From Sphingobacteriales bacterium (GTDB lineage Bacteria; Bacteroidota; Bacteroidia; AKYH767-A; OLB10): a stretch of 64,000 nucleotides of DNA. Shown here piece by piece: positions 40,977 to 50,991 of this stretch. Below the pieces are notes generated by a model. The model worked only from the letters and a program-made list of their open reading frames with translations. It did not search any database and was not told where the DNA came from. The stretch's first letter is position 1. Every line of letters begins with the position of its first letter. The DNA lies in the NCBI GenBank assembly GCA_021299095.1, contig JAJTFW010000002.1, forward strand, positions 138,133 through 202,132, in the 5' to 3' direction. A program made the position numbers and the translations under genes.

Positions 40977-41025
40977 CAAGCTCCTGCCTGCATTATTTTT
41001 GAAGGCATTCATTGCAGAGAGTGGC

Positions 41026-41679
41026 ATGGCAGTAACTGGAGATGAACTTCGTATACGACTGGGGAAATACGTACCCGGAGCGGCCGTCGAAACCTGCTTC
41101 GACTGGATTCGTCGTTACCGAATCAGCGTTCGTATAAAACACACCCGGCAATCCAAACTGGGTGACTACAGACCTCCGTTCGATGGGAATGGACACATCA
41201 TCACCATTAACCACGAGCTAAACCCGTTTGCCTTTCTCATCACGTTTACGCATGAAGTCGCGCACCTCACATGCTATCTGAAACACGGGAACCGGGTCTT
41301 ACCTCATGGAGCTGAATGGAAAGCAGAATTCAGGTTGTTGCTCCACGATTTCCTGGAGACCAGAATCTTCCCATCAGATGTAGCTGAAGCTGTACAGCGC
41401 TATCTTATAAATCCAGCCGCAAGTAGTTGCGGAGATGTACAGCTAAGCAAGGCATTGGCCAAATACGACAACCGCGAATCGGGCTGGGTACATCTGGAAG
41501 AAATCCCGTATAACGGTAGGTTCCGGATTCGGAACGGAAAAGAATTTATCAAAGGACACAGACTCCGGAAAAACTTCACCTGTTTTTCTTTCCCCGATGG
41601 ACATCGGTATTTCATCCATCCGCTGATGGAAGTTTATGATTTGAATTTGCCGGAGGAAGCTTCAGCCCCCTTGACCTGA
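41026..41679 (+). CDS. SprT-like zinc metalloprotease domain protein
   Basis: RQSKLGDYR, FLITFTHEVAH (HExxH) and PHGAEWK. Confidence 0.85.
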   Translation: MAVTGDELRIRLGKYVPGAAVETCFDWIRRYRISVRIKHTRQSKLGDYRPPFDGNGHIITINHELNPFAFLITFTHEVAHLTCYLKHGNRVLPHGAEWKAEFRLLLHDFLETRIFPSDVAEAVQRYLINPAASSCGDVQLSKALAKYDNRESGWVHLEEIPYNGRFRIRNGKEFIKGHRLRKNFTCFSFPDGHRYFIHPLMEVYDLNLPEEASAPLT

Positions 41680-42552
41680 AGCGATAAAATCCTCATAAAG
41701 CAAATGCACGATGCCATCGGATAGTCCGATTTGAGGAACAATGATCTTCTCGATTCCTGCCTCACGCATGATCGTGATAAACACCTTGGCAGCCGGAACA
41801 ATCACATCCGCTCGATCGGGATTCAGGCCAAGCCGTGTTATCCGCTCCTCTACACTGAACTGCTTCAGAAAATAATAGATTTCGGTCAGCTTGAGCAGGG
41901 AAAGTGCCTTACCCTCTTTGCGCTCCGAAAGCTTGAATATCTTGTTGATGTTTCCTCCACTACCGATGGCCATGAGATCATGACCCGCATGGTGTTCGTG
42001 AATCCAATTTTTCAACTGAGCCCAATCCTCCTTGGTCACTTTATCGTGCAACAGCCGTATGGATCCAATATTAAACGACTGTGAGGCGACAACATGTCCT
42101 TGCTCGAACAATGTCAATTCGGTACTACCACCACCCACATCGATATAGAGATAAGAACGCTCCGGATCGAGATGCTCCGCTATGTGATTACTGTAGATGA
42201 TTTCAGCCTCAGACTTTCCATCTATCACCTCGATCGTGATTCCGGATTCCTTTCGGACTGCAGCGATGACTTCAGCCGCATTTGCCGCTTCACGCATTGC
42301 AGCGGTAGCACAGGCACGAAAACCTTTTGCACCGAACACCTCGATGAGCAGACGAAAAGCCTTCATCGTTTTACAGAGTGCCTGAATCTTCTCCTGACTA
42401 ACGGATCCAATCCTGAAAACATCCTCACCAAGCCGGATGGGCATACGTACCAATTCAGCCTTTTTGAAAATAGCCTCCTTTCCGTCGTCGTAGACATTGC
42501 ACAGCAGCAATCGTACAGCATTCGAACCGATGTCGATGGATGCAAATCGCAT
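41662..42552 (-). CDS. ppx: Exopolyphosphatase, Ppx/GppA family
   Basis: ASIDIGSNAVRLL, ATAAMREA, IDVGGGSTE and DRADVIVPA. Confidence 0.93.
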   Translation of the reverse strand: MRFASIDIGSNAVRLLLCNVYDDGKEAIFKKAELVRMPIRLGEDVFRIGSVSQEKIQALCKTMKAFRLLIEVFGAKGFRACATAAMREAANAAEVIAAVRKESGITIEVIDGKSEAEIIYSNHIAEHLDPERSYLYIDVGGGSTELTLFEQGHVVASQSFNIGSIRLLHDKVTKEDWAQLKNWIHEHHAGHDLMAIGSGGNINKIFKLSERKEGKALSLLKLTEIYYFLKQFSVEERITRLGLNPDRADVIVPAAKVFITIMREAGIEKIIVPQIGLSDGIVHLLYEDFIASGQGG

Positions 42553-42558
42553 GACTAC

Positions 42559-44625
42559 TTAGTGTTTTGAAGGAATTGAATGAACCGGACGGGCAAGGTA
42601 CGTGTAAATAGCATCCTGAGCACGGTGCTTCACGCGAGAACGAGTTACCCGGTATTTGTTGTCTTGCTGGACATTAATCATCCGGGCTTTCAAATTATCG
42701 TTCCACTGGATATCCAAAATATCCTTTAACTGCTGGCGCACATCCGGATCATATACTGGTACACCGACCTCCGAACGGAAATCGATGTTACGCTGCATGA
42801 AGTCAAAGGACGCGAGGTAATAGGACGGATCACCGTTATTGGAAAAAATGAAAATCCGTGCATGTTCGAGGTATTTATCAACGATACTAATGACCTCTAT
42901 GTTCTCACTCAGGCCAGCAGCTCCCGGAATCAGCGAACATACACTCCGAATGATCATACGTATGCGCACACCTGCACTGCTTGCTTCGTACAGTTTGGAT
43001 ATGATTTCCGGATCAGTCAGGTTGTTCATCTTCAAAAACATCCAGGCCTCCTGACCGGACCGAGCATTGTCGATTTCACGCTGGATAAGTTGCATGATTT
43101 TCTTCCGGGTGTAGAAAGGCGAAACGATCAGATGCCGGTACTGACCTGTTTTGTAATTATCCTGATAAAACTGGAAAACCTTTGAGACTTCTTCGGTAAT
43201 CCGTTTATCTGCAGTCAACAAGCTATGATCGCAATACAAGCGCGCGGTGTCCTCATTGAAGTTACCGGTTCCAATGTGAGCATACAACACATTCTTGCCC
43301 TGCTCACGGCGGGTAATGAGAAAAAGCTTGCTGTGCATCTTCAGACCCGGCACCCCATAAATGATTTGAGCGCCTTCTTCGTTCAGTCGATTGGCCCAAC
43401 GAATGTTATTCTCCTCATCGAACCGCGCCTGCAACTCTACCACGGCCGTGACCTCCTTCCCATTTCGGATGGCATTGATGAGTGTATTGGCGATTTGAGA
43501 ATTCTTAGACAACCTGTATAGCGTAATCTGGATCTTGGAAACTTTCGGGTCGATTGAAGCCTCGCGAAGAAGATCCAGGATGTGGTGATAGCTTTGGTAT
43601 GGAAAACTCAACAGGATATCCTTAGAGCGCACCACTCCAAGCACGCTGCATCGGGGCGGAAGAAGCGGATGAGAAAGCGGATGAGGATTCTTCAACCTCA
43701 ACTCTGGTTTGTTGAGAGAAGGAAACTTCATAAAGTCGACGAAGTTATGATACCTACCGCCGGCTATGGGCTGGTCCTCACCGGTAAGCTTGATCCGCCG
43801 TGCCAAATAGGCCAAGGCAGTTTGAGGAAGCTCTTCATCATAAATCAAGCGCGTAGGCTGACCCTTGGTCCTTCGCTTGATGCCTTCAGCAACTTTTTTC
43901 ACCAGACTTTTGGTCACATCCTGCTCCAGGTCAAGTTCCGCGTCGCGGGTGAGCTTGATGGTATAAGCATGAATCGAGTCGAGCTCGAAATTGTAAAACA
44001 GATCATCCAGACAATACCGGATTATATCGTCCAACAAGATGATGTACTTGCCATCTTTAGGCAGAACAAGAAAACGGGGTACCGTTGCCGTTGGGATTTC
44101 AACCAAGGCATATTTATCGCGTGCATCTTTCCTGCTCATGACAACCATCAGGTAAATGCTTTTGTCGTGCAGGTAAGGGAATCGCTTTACATTGTCGAGT
44201 AGGATCGGAACCAGGCTCGGTAGCACTTCGTCGCGGAAATACTGCCGCACATATTGACCTTGTTCACGGTTGAGCTGCCGTTCATTGATGATGAATACCC
44301 CCTGCAACTGTAGGTCACGCAAGAGGTTCTCCCAACTCTCATCGAACTGCTCTTGCTGTCGGATGATTATACGCTGAATGCGTTCGAGCAGATGCACGGG
44401 TTCTTCGCCCAAGAGCTCGGCTCCTTTTTTACCTAGGCGAATAAGGCGCTTGATGGAGGCCACGCGAACGCGAAAAAACTCATCGCGGTTGCTGGAAACG
44501 ATTCCTAAAAACTTGAGCCGCTCGAGTAATGGCACCCTCGGATCATTGGCTTCCTGCAGCACGCGGTCGTTGAAGGCCAGCCAGCTGATATCGCGGTTGA
44601 CCAATTGCAACCTTCCTTTCTTCAT
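42559..44625 (-). CDS. ppk1: Polyphosphate kinase 1
   Basis: NRDISWLAFNDRVLQEA, DEFFRVRVA, ELQARFDEENNI, KMHSKL, GTGNFNE and SIVDKYLEHARI. Confidence 0.97.
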   Translation of the reverse strand: MKKGRLQLVNRDISWLAFNDRVLQEANDPRVPLLERLKFLGIVSSNRDEFFRVRVASIKRLIRLGKKGAELLGEEPVHLLERIQRIIIRQQEQFDESWENLLRDLQLQGVFIINERQLNREQGQYVRQYFRDEVLPSLVPILLDNVKRFPYLHDKSIYLMVVMSRKDARDKYALVEIPTATVPRFLVLPKDGKYIILLDDIIRYCLDDLFYNFELDSIHAYTIKLTRDAELDLEQDVTKSLVKKVAEGIKRRTKGQPTRLIYDEELPQTALAYLARRIKLTGEDQPIAGGRYHNFVDFMKFPSLNKPELRLKNPHPLSHPLLPPRCSVLGVVRSKDILLSFPYQSYHHILDLLREASIDPKVSKIQITLYRLSKNSQIANTLINAIRNGKEVTAVVELQARFDEENNIRWANRLNEEGAQIIYGVPGLKMHSKLFLITRREQGKNVLYAHIGTGNFNEDTARLYCDHSLLTADKRITEEVSKVFQFYQDNYKTGQYRHLIVSPFYTRKKIMQLIQREIDNARSGQEAWMFLKMNNLTDPEIISKLYEASSAGVRIRMIIRSVCSLIPGAAGLSENIEVISIVDKYLEHARIFIFSNNGDPSYYLASFDFMQRNIDFRSEVGVPVYDPDVRQQLKDILDIQWNDNLKARMINVQQDNKYRVTRSRVKHRAQDAIYTYLARPVHSIPSKH

Positions 44626-44633
44626 AGAAAAAA

Positions 44634-44936
44634 TCAGGACTTGGTGGAGGGCCTGGACTTAGTCGACTTGCGGGCGGATTTTGATCCAGCAGCCTTTTTT
44701 GCGACCCGGACTGACTTCGCAGCTGCTTTACCGATCGTGGGCCTAGCGGATTTCACCGGTTCAGTTTTACCCTTTTGGTCGGGTATCTGTTTCGCCAATC
44801 GCTTGACCAATTGCTTGGCCGCTTCGCTGATGTGTTTGTGGATTTTTTGCGCTGCCTTGTCGTTCGTTTTCTTCAACACATAGGCAATGCTCAACGCAAG
44901 TTGATCGGCCAGTGCTTTACGTTCTTTTTTGTCCAT
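44634..44936 (-). CDS. Lys/Ala-rich highly basic protein with a histone H1-like tail (100 aa)
   Basis: 22 Lys + 6 Arg versus 7 Asp/Glu by my count. Tail reads KAAAKSVRVAKKAAGSKSARKSTKSRPSTKS. Ends 8 nt before the ppk1 ATG. Confidence 0.75.
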   Translation of the reverse strand: MDKKERKALADQLALSIAYVLKKTNDKAAQKIHKHISEAAKQLVKRLAKQIPDQKGKTEPVKSARPTIGKAAAKSVRVAKKAAGSKSARKSTKSRPSTKS

Positions 44937-45000
44937 GTAGCGAGTGGTATCTGTGTAAAAGTAAACAGGCAGGCATCGTGATGAATACTCCAATCCATCC

Positions 45001-45027
45001 TTAATGATTGTTTAACAATAGGGTAAC
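45001..45027 (-). promoter_or_regulatory. Putative PhoB/OmpR-family binding site (three 11-bp-spaced repeats)
   Basis: Minus strand GTTAC-N6-GTTAA-N6-ATTAA, upstream of a degenerate -7 element (TACTTTTA, 44956-44963) that precedes basic protein-ppk1-ppx. Confidence 0.4.
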
Positions 45028-45038
45028 GCGACTCAGGA

Positions 45039-45521
45039 CTAAACCGTGAACATCCAATCGAGGTTTGCGCAACCGGCACTAACTTCATTCCATGCATCAA
45101 CCGGCATTGAAATACACGCCACTGCAGCGGTAGGAAACGACATAATCACGTTACCACATAAATAATTGGTGAGCAGAGTCATGCCCGGATTGTGCCCTAC
45201 GAGCAGCATAGAATCGAACCTGTCGTCTGTCCTGACAACTGCTTCGGTCAAATTGCGCAAAGGGGCTTCGTAAATGGATGCGTCCTGAACAATCTCACTG
45301 ACAGGATAGTCGAGTTGCTCTGCGATCACTAGCGCTGTGCTCCAGGTCCGCACCGCAGGGCTGGACACAATCTTTGCAGGATACACACCTTGCCGTTTCA
45401 AGTACTGGGCAGCAGTAATTGCATCATCATAGCCCCGAGCTGAAAGGTGCCGGATCAGGTCACTTGGCACGTACTCATCGTGACCCGACTTGGCGTGGCG
45501 CACCAAATAAAGCGTTCGCAT
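45039..45521 (-). CDS. sixA: SixA-family phosphohistidine phosphatase
   Basis: LYLVRHAKS, SSPAVRT and LLVGHNPG. Confidence 0.85.
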   Translation of the reverse strand: MRTLYLVRHAKSGHDEYVPSDLIRHLSARGYDDAITAAQYLKRQGVYPAKIVSSPAVRTWSTALVIAEQLDYPVSEIVQDASIYEAPLRNLTEAVVRTDDRFDSMLLVGHNPGMTLLTNYLCGNVIMSFPTAAVACISMPVDAWNEVSAGCANLDWMFTV

Positions 45522-45525
45522 GATT

Positions 45526-46566
45526 TTACTTTTTCTCCTTCAGCAAGACCAGGTAGGTTGGAAAGTGGTCCGAATAGCCCCCCAGATAAACACCGAAGTC
45601 ATAGGTGCGCTTTGGATACCCCTTGTACCTGCCGGAGGTCTGAAGCATGAATTCCCGCTTGAATATATAGGCCTTGTGCAGGAAATAGCCGTCCTGAGGA
45701 TTACGCAGGAAGGGCTCGGAAACGATGATCTGATCGAACAAATTCCATGCATCGTTGTAGGCCAGTGTTCCGATACCTTCTCTGTAATACTCCACCCAAG
45801 GATTGTATAACTCCAAGGGCTTGACTTTAGTCTTATCGCCTTTAGCTCCCAGCACCTTAGCTACTGATGGGCTCACCGGATCATCGTTCAGATCGCCCAT
45901 CAAGATGATCTTCGCGTTGGCATCAAATCTGAAAATAGAATCGATTCGGGCACGTGCGATTCCGGCAGCCAACGCTCTGCCGGGTGCTGAGGCTTGTTCA
46001 CCACCCCTGCGAGATGGCCAATGGTTTACAAACACGTGCAGGGTATCGCCGTTCAACATCCCTTTCACATAAAGAATGTCCCGTGTGAAACGCGGGGCAC
46101 CGTTGTCACCAATTAGGGGTACATAGAGCGACGCCGAGGTGATCAAGCGGAAATATTTCGGATTGTAGAGCAAGCCCACATCTACGCCGCGTTCATCGGG
46201 ACTATTGAAGTGGACAACGCTGTAATTACGGGGTCGTAACTTCGGCTGATTCACCAAATCCTGCAGTACCGATGCGTTTTCGATCTCTGCACAGCCGATA
46301 ATTGCCAAACCATCGGGACTGACATCCGTGCCGATCTGATGCAATACGTCCTCCAGCTTTGAGAGCTTGTCAACATACACCTCCGGCGTATATAAATTGG
46401 CACCTGCGGGAGTGAACTCCTCGTCATTTACATCGGGCTGGTTTATTGTATCAAACAGATTCTCAAGGTTATAAAAGCCGACCAAGGCCGGCTGATACGA
46501 TTTTTGCTGGGCTGAAGCCACGAGGGAAGTCAGCAGCAGTGCAGGTAAAAGGATTCGCTGAAGCAT
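45526..46566 (-). CDS. Secreted endonuclease/exonuclease/phosphatase (EEP) family nuclease
   Basis: Signal peptide. FYNLENLFDT, AEIEN, SPDERGVDV, VNHWPSRRGG, MGDLNDDP, WNLFDQI and GYSDHFP. TAGCTTTG -7 element at 46584-46591. Confidence 0.9.
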   Translation of the reverse strand: MLQRILLPALLLTSLVASAQQKSYQPALVGFYNLENLFDTINQPDVNDEEFTPAGANLYTPEVYVDKLSKLEDVLHQIGTDVSPDGLAIIGCAEIENASVLQDLVNQPKLRPRNYSVVHFNSPDERGVDVGLLYNPKYFRLITSASLYVPLIGDNGAPRFTRDILYVKGMLNGDTLHVFVNHWPSRRGGEQASAPGRALAAGIARARIDSIFRFDANAKIILMGDLNDDPVSPSVAKVLGAKGDKTKVKPLELYNPWVEYYREGIGTLAYNDAWNLFDQIIVSEPFLRNPQDGYFLHKAYIFKREFMLQTSGRYKGYPKRTYDFGVYLGGYSDHFPTYLVLLKEKK

Positions 46567-46681
46567 TTTTTCTGGGTAGCCGACAAAGCTATGAAAGGCA
46601 GTTGAAGGCAGCGAAAATCCATTCCATGCTCAGCACATGCGATTTACATACATTTGCTTCCCTTTGACCACTACCCCGCCT

Positions 46682-49456
46682 ATGCACCTGCGTATCCTTT
46701 ATTCCCTGTTTACCCTCTTACTGTTCGCCAGCGGACTCCATGCACAAACTTCCAGTGTCCGGGGAATGCTCATGGACGAGGACAATCGTGCCAGGCCAGC
46801 CAATGTGAATATTATTCTCAAAGGTGGAAGTACCCAGAACGTATTCAGCAAAGAAGACGGCTCATTTGAGTTTATGAATGTACCCTTTGGTGAGTACATA
46901 CTTGAAATTTCTGCAGAAGGATATGAAATCGCCAGCCGCTCGTTTTCGGTAGTGAAATCGATGACGGACCTGGGCACCATTCCGCTGACCTCCATCCAAA
47001 ACGCATTGCAAGGCCAGGATAATGTTCCTACCATTACACTCAGCGACAATGACCTCACAGGACAAGGCGGGCAAAGTGTTGCCGGCGTGTTGAGTGCTGG
47101 TCGCGACCCCTACATGGCTGCAGTAGCTTTCAATTTCAGTGCTGCCCGCTTCCGCAATCGGGGATACGACAATGAAAACCTGACCCTGATGAACGGCATT
47201 CCGGTCGAGGACCTCAGCAGCAGCCGAACCCTGTTCGGAACTTGGGCTGGACTGAACGATGTGACGCGTAGCCGTGAAAACACCTACGGACTCAACGCAT
47301 CCAATTACAGTTACGGAAGCCTGGATGGTTCATTTTCCATTGACACCAAGGCCTCACGTCAGCGGAAGCAATTCTCCATCAGTTATGCAAACTCAAACCG
47401 GACCTACAACAATCGCCTGATGGCCTCTTACGGAACCGGCTTGCTGAGTGGAGGTTGGGCGTTTGCAGCATCCGTATCCCGACGCGGCGGTGACCAAGGC
47501 TATGTTCCCGGCACCTTCACCGATGGTTGGTCGTGGTACACCTCTATTGAAAAGCGCTTCGGCACCGACCATAGCCTTAGCCTCACCCACATGGGTGCCA
47601 ACACCATTACGGGCAGGGCAAATCCTGCCATTCAGGAAGCCTATGATCTGGTCGGTTCCAATTACTACAATCCGAATTGGGGATACCAAAATGGACAAGT
47701 GAGAAATTCACGTATCGGCCGACAGCAGCAACCCCTTACCATTTTGAATCACGAATGGAAAATCAATTCCCGTTCGGAACTGGAGACCTCCTTCGGCTAC
47801 CAATACGGAAGCAATTCCATCAGTGGATTTGACTGGTTTAATGCCCCAGATCCCCGTCCGGATTTTTACCGCCGGCTGCCCAGCTACATCGAAGATTCAA
47901 CGCTAAAAGATCAGATCGCAAATCTCTGGCGAACCGACGAAAATTTCCGTCAGGTCGATTGGGAGAACATCTACAATGTAAACCGCAACTCGTTCGAACA
48001 GGTTGCTGATGCCAACGGAATCATTGGCGATACCGTGTCGGGACGCCGCTCACGTTACATCCTCGAAGAGCGTGTAACCGACAGCCGCAGATCCACCTTT
48101 GCCATGAATTACACCGAGGTTTTTTCAGATCACTTCATCATGAATGGTGGCTACATTTATCAGGACCAGCGTACCGACAATTACAAGCGCGTTGCAGACC
48201 TGCTGGGAGGAGAATTCTATGTGGATATCAATCAGTGGGCCGAGCAGGATTATCCCGATTCGTCTGAAGCCCTCCAGAACAACCTGGATACCCCCAACCG
48301 CATCGTGCGCGAGGGTGACCGCTTCGGTTATAGTTATAAAACAACCGTGCGGAAGAGCATGGCCTGGGCCCAGGGCCAGTTCAAGTATGACCGTATCGAC
48401 GCCTTTGCTGCATTCCACCTGGCCAGTACATCCTTCTTCCGTACAGGCGATTATCGCAACGGCATTTTTGCAGATGATTCGTTCGGTGACTCCAAAGTGG
48501 AAGAGTTCAATACTTACGGAATCAAATTGGGGGCAACTTATAAGTTGAATGGAAGAAATTACTTCTTTGTAAATAGTGCGATTGAGACCAGGGCGCCCCT
48601 TTTGGAGAACGTATTCGTATCACCCCGCACGCGGAACGAAGCCATCGACAACCTGACTACGGAGAAAATCACCTCGATTGAGGGGGGCTACCTGCTCCGT
48701 GCTCCCCGTGCCAAGGTTAGGGCTACCTTGTATTATACTGAATTCAACGACGGCTACAACACCATCAGTTTCTGGCACGAGGACTTCAGGACGTTCGTGA
48801 ACTACACCCTAAGCAACATAGATCGACGCCATGTTGGTCTTGAGTTCGGAACCGAGGTAAACCTTGGTCAGGGCTGGAGCAGCACGCTTGCAGCCTCCAT
48901 AGGCCAGTACTATTACACCGACCGCATGATCGGAACCGTAACACAGGACAACAGCGCCGAAGTCCTCGCTTCAAACGAAACCGTCTATTCCAAGAACTTT
49001 TTTGTTGCCAATGGCCCGCAACAGGCATACACCTTGGGAGCCACCTACAGATCACCTAAATTCTGGACAGTCAACATGAACGTGAACTGCTTCGCGAACA
49101 ATTATGTTGATTTCAATCCGGCCCGTAGGACCGTTGCCGGTGTGGAATTACTGAATGAGGGTCCGCTGCGCGAAGCCATTATCGACCAACAGGTGGCATC
49201 CAGCCAGGTGACGGTAGATTTCTTCGGGTCCAAGTCCTGGCGCATCAGTGACTTTGTGGAAGGGTTCCGTAGAAACACCTTCCTGGTACTTAATCTGGGT
49301 GTATCAAACATGTTTAACAACCAGGACATGATGCTGACCGGCTTCGAGCAATTACGTTTCGACTATACAGACAAGAATCCGGATAAATTTCCGCCACGAT
49401 TCTATTACGGTTTCGGTAGGACTTATTTTGCATCCGTGATCGTCCGATTCAACTGA
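46682..49456 (+). CDS. TonB-dependent outer membrane transporter with N-terminal carboxypeptidase-regulatory-like domain
   Basis: Signal peptide and Ig-like N-domain. Plug region FRNRGYD...NGIP...WAGLNDVTR, beta-barrel, and C-terminus YYGFGRTYFASVIVRFN. TACATTTG at 46649-46656. Confidence 0.88.
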   Translation: MHLRILYSLFTLLLFASGLHAQTSSVRGMLMDEDNRARPANVNIILKGGSTQNVFSKEDGSFEFMNVPFGEYILEISAEGYEIASRSFSVVKSMTDLGTIPLTSIQNALQGQDNVPTITLSDNDLTGQGGQSVAGVLSAGRDPYMAAVAFNFSAARFRNRGYDNENLTLMNGIPVEDLSSSRTLFGTWAGLNDVTRSRENTYGLNASNYSYGSLDGSFSIDTKASRQRKQFSISYANSNRTYNNRLMASYGTGLLSGGWAFAASVSRRGGDQGYVPGTFTDGWSWYTSIEKRFGTDHSLSLTHMGANTITGRANPAIQEAYDLVGSNYYNPNWGYQNGQVRNSRIGRQQQPLTILNHEWKINSRSELETSFGYQYGSNSISGFDWFNAPDPRPDFYRRLPSYIEDSTLKDQIANLWRTDENFRQVDWENIYNVNRNSFEQVADANGIIGDTVSGRRSRYILEERVTDSRRSTFAMNYTEVFSDHFIMNGGYIYQDQRTDNYKRVADLLGGEFYVDINQWAEQDYPDSSEALQNNLDTPNRIVREGDRFGYSYKTTVRKSMAWAQGQFKYDRIDAFAAFHLASTSFFRTGDYRNGIFADDSFGDSKVEEFNTYGIKLGATYKLNGRNYFFVNSAIETRAPLLENVFVSPRTRNEAIDNLTTEKITSIEGGYLLRAPRAKVRATLYYTEFNDGYNTISFWHEDFRTFVNYTLSNIDRRHVGLEFGTEVNLGQGWSSTLAASIGQYYYTDRMIGTVTQDNSAEVLASNETVYSKNFFVANGPQQAYTLGATYRSPKFWTVNMNVNCFANNYVDFNPARRTVAGVELLNEGPLREAIIDQQVASSQVTVDFFGSKSWRISDFVEGFRRNTFLVLNLGVSNMFNNQDMMLTGFEQLRFDYTDKNPDKFPPRFYYGFGRTYFASVIVRFN

Positions 49457-49490
49457 GTCTAATCATCCAAACACGCAACTCACCAAACAC

Positions 49491-50972
49491 ATGATAACAT
49501 CAACGCAATTCCGCACCGGCAAGCTCATCGCATTGCTGATGTTCCTGACCCTGGCCCTTGTCACCTCCTGCCGCAAGGACGACTTCGATGAACCACCGAT
49601 GAATGGTGCAGACCCCAACCTATCGGTCAATATGAATATTGACTCACTCAAATCCTATTACGTGGGTAACATCCTTCGGATTGACAGCAACTGGATTATT
49701 GCCGGAGTAGTGACTGCTGATGATAAATCAGGCAATTTCTACAAGACAATCGTTCTTGAAGACAACACCGCCGGAATCTCCATCCGCCTCGACTTGAGCA
49801 ATTACAATGTGGACTATCCGATCGGCCGTCGGGTTTTCGTCAAACTCAAGGGCCTATACATGGGTGATTACGGGGATCTGATCCAACTCGGCGGATGGGT
49901 TGACTCCAGCGGAACAACGCCCTCGGTTGAGCCTATCCCCATGAGCCTTGTCAGCGACTACCTGATTGGCGGGGAATACAACCTAAACCCACAGCCTTCA
50001 TCAGTGAACATCAGTGATGTAGCCTCCAACATCCAGAAGTGGCAAAACCGATTCATTGAGCTCGACAGCGCCGAATTCAACATCGCCGACACCGGAAAGA
50101 CCTTTGCTGACGCCATCGCGCTGTCCTATGGCGAGTACGACATCAAACAATGTGTTGGCAGCAGCAGCATCCTGCTTCGCACCAGCGGCTACTGCGACTT
50201 CGCAACCAAAACGCTTCCGGGCGGTAATGGTAAAATCAAAGGCATTTGCACGGTTTACAACGGAACCCTGCAGTTGATCATCCGTGATGAAAACGATGTG
50301 GACATGCCGAACTCCCGCTGTAATGCCGTAATTGGACAGCCTACACGCGTCGACATTTCCGCGCTACGCAACCTTTTCCAGGGCAGTACACTTTCAATTA
50401 CCAACAACTACTACATCACCGGCGTAGTAATCAGCGACCGAAATGGTGCAAACCTGAACAGTAAGAACGTATTTGTACAGGATGCCACGGCTGGCGTATG
50501 TGTTCGTTTCGCTGCCAACCACACCTTCAATGTGGGCGATTCGGTTAAGATCGATGTTGCAGGACAATCATTCGGCGAATACCTTGGACTTCTGCAGGTT
50601 GGAACTTCCAGCCCAAGCGTCCCTCTTGCTAATTCAACTGTGCTGGCGACCGGAAAAAACATCAACCCTCTGGTGGTTACTGTAGCCGACATCCTGGCCA
50701 ACATGGCTGCGAATGATACCTGGGAAGCCAGTTTATTTAAAATCAACAATGCTACCCTATCGGGCAGCACCACTTTCGCCGGATCTGTTCAAATTACGGA
50801 TGCCACCGGTGTGATGACGCTGTACACATCCAGCGCGGCAGTATTTGCAGCCACAGCGCTACCCGGTGGAACAGTAAGTGTAACCGGAATCTTATCGGAT
50901 TACACCGGAACAGTCACAGCGCCGAATACGAATGCGCAGCTTCTGTTGCGAAATGCAGCTGACGTCCAATAA
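49491..50972 (+). CDS. DUF5689-like surface lipoprotein (tandem OB-fold-like repeats)
   Basis: Lipobox VTSC followed by acidic RKDDFDEPP. Repeated units GVVTADDKSGNFYKTIVLEDNTAGI and GVVISDRNGANLNSKNVFVQDATAGV, with ends LQLIIRDENDV and AQLLLRNAADV. Confidence 0.82.
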   Translation: MITSTQFRTGKLIALLMFLTLALVTSCRKDDFDEPPMNGADPNLSVNMNIDSLKSYYVGNILRIDSNWIIAGVVTADDKSGNFYKTIVLEDNTAGISIRLDLSNYNVDYPIGRRVFVKLKGLYMGDYGDLIQLGGWVDSSGTTPSVEPIPMSLVSDYLIGGEYNLNPQPSSVNISDVASNIQKWQNRFIELDSAEFNIADTGKTFADAIALSYGEYDIKQCVGSSSILLRTSGYCDFATKTLPGGNGKIKGICTVYNGTLQLIIRDENDVDMPNSRCNAVIGQPTRVDISALRNLFQGSTLSITNNYYITGVVISDRNGANLNSKNVFVQDATAGVCVRFAANHTFNVGDSVKIDVAGQSFGEYLGLLQVGTSSPSVPLANSTVLATGKNINPLVVTVADILANMAANDTWEASLFKINNATLSGSTTFAGSVQITDATGVMTLYTSSAAVFAATALPGGTVSVTGILSDYTGTVTAPNTNAQLLLRNAADVQ

Positions 50973-50991
50973 AACCAAACCACAAGTACAT

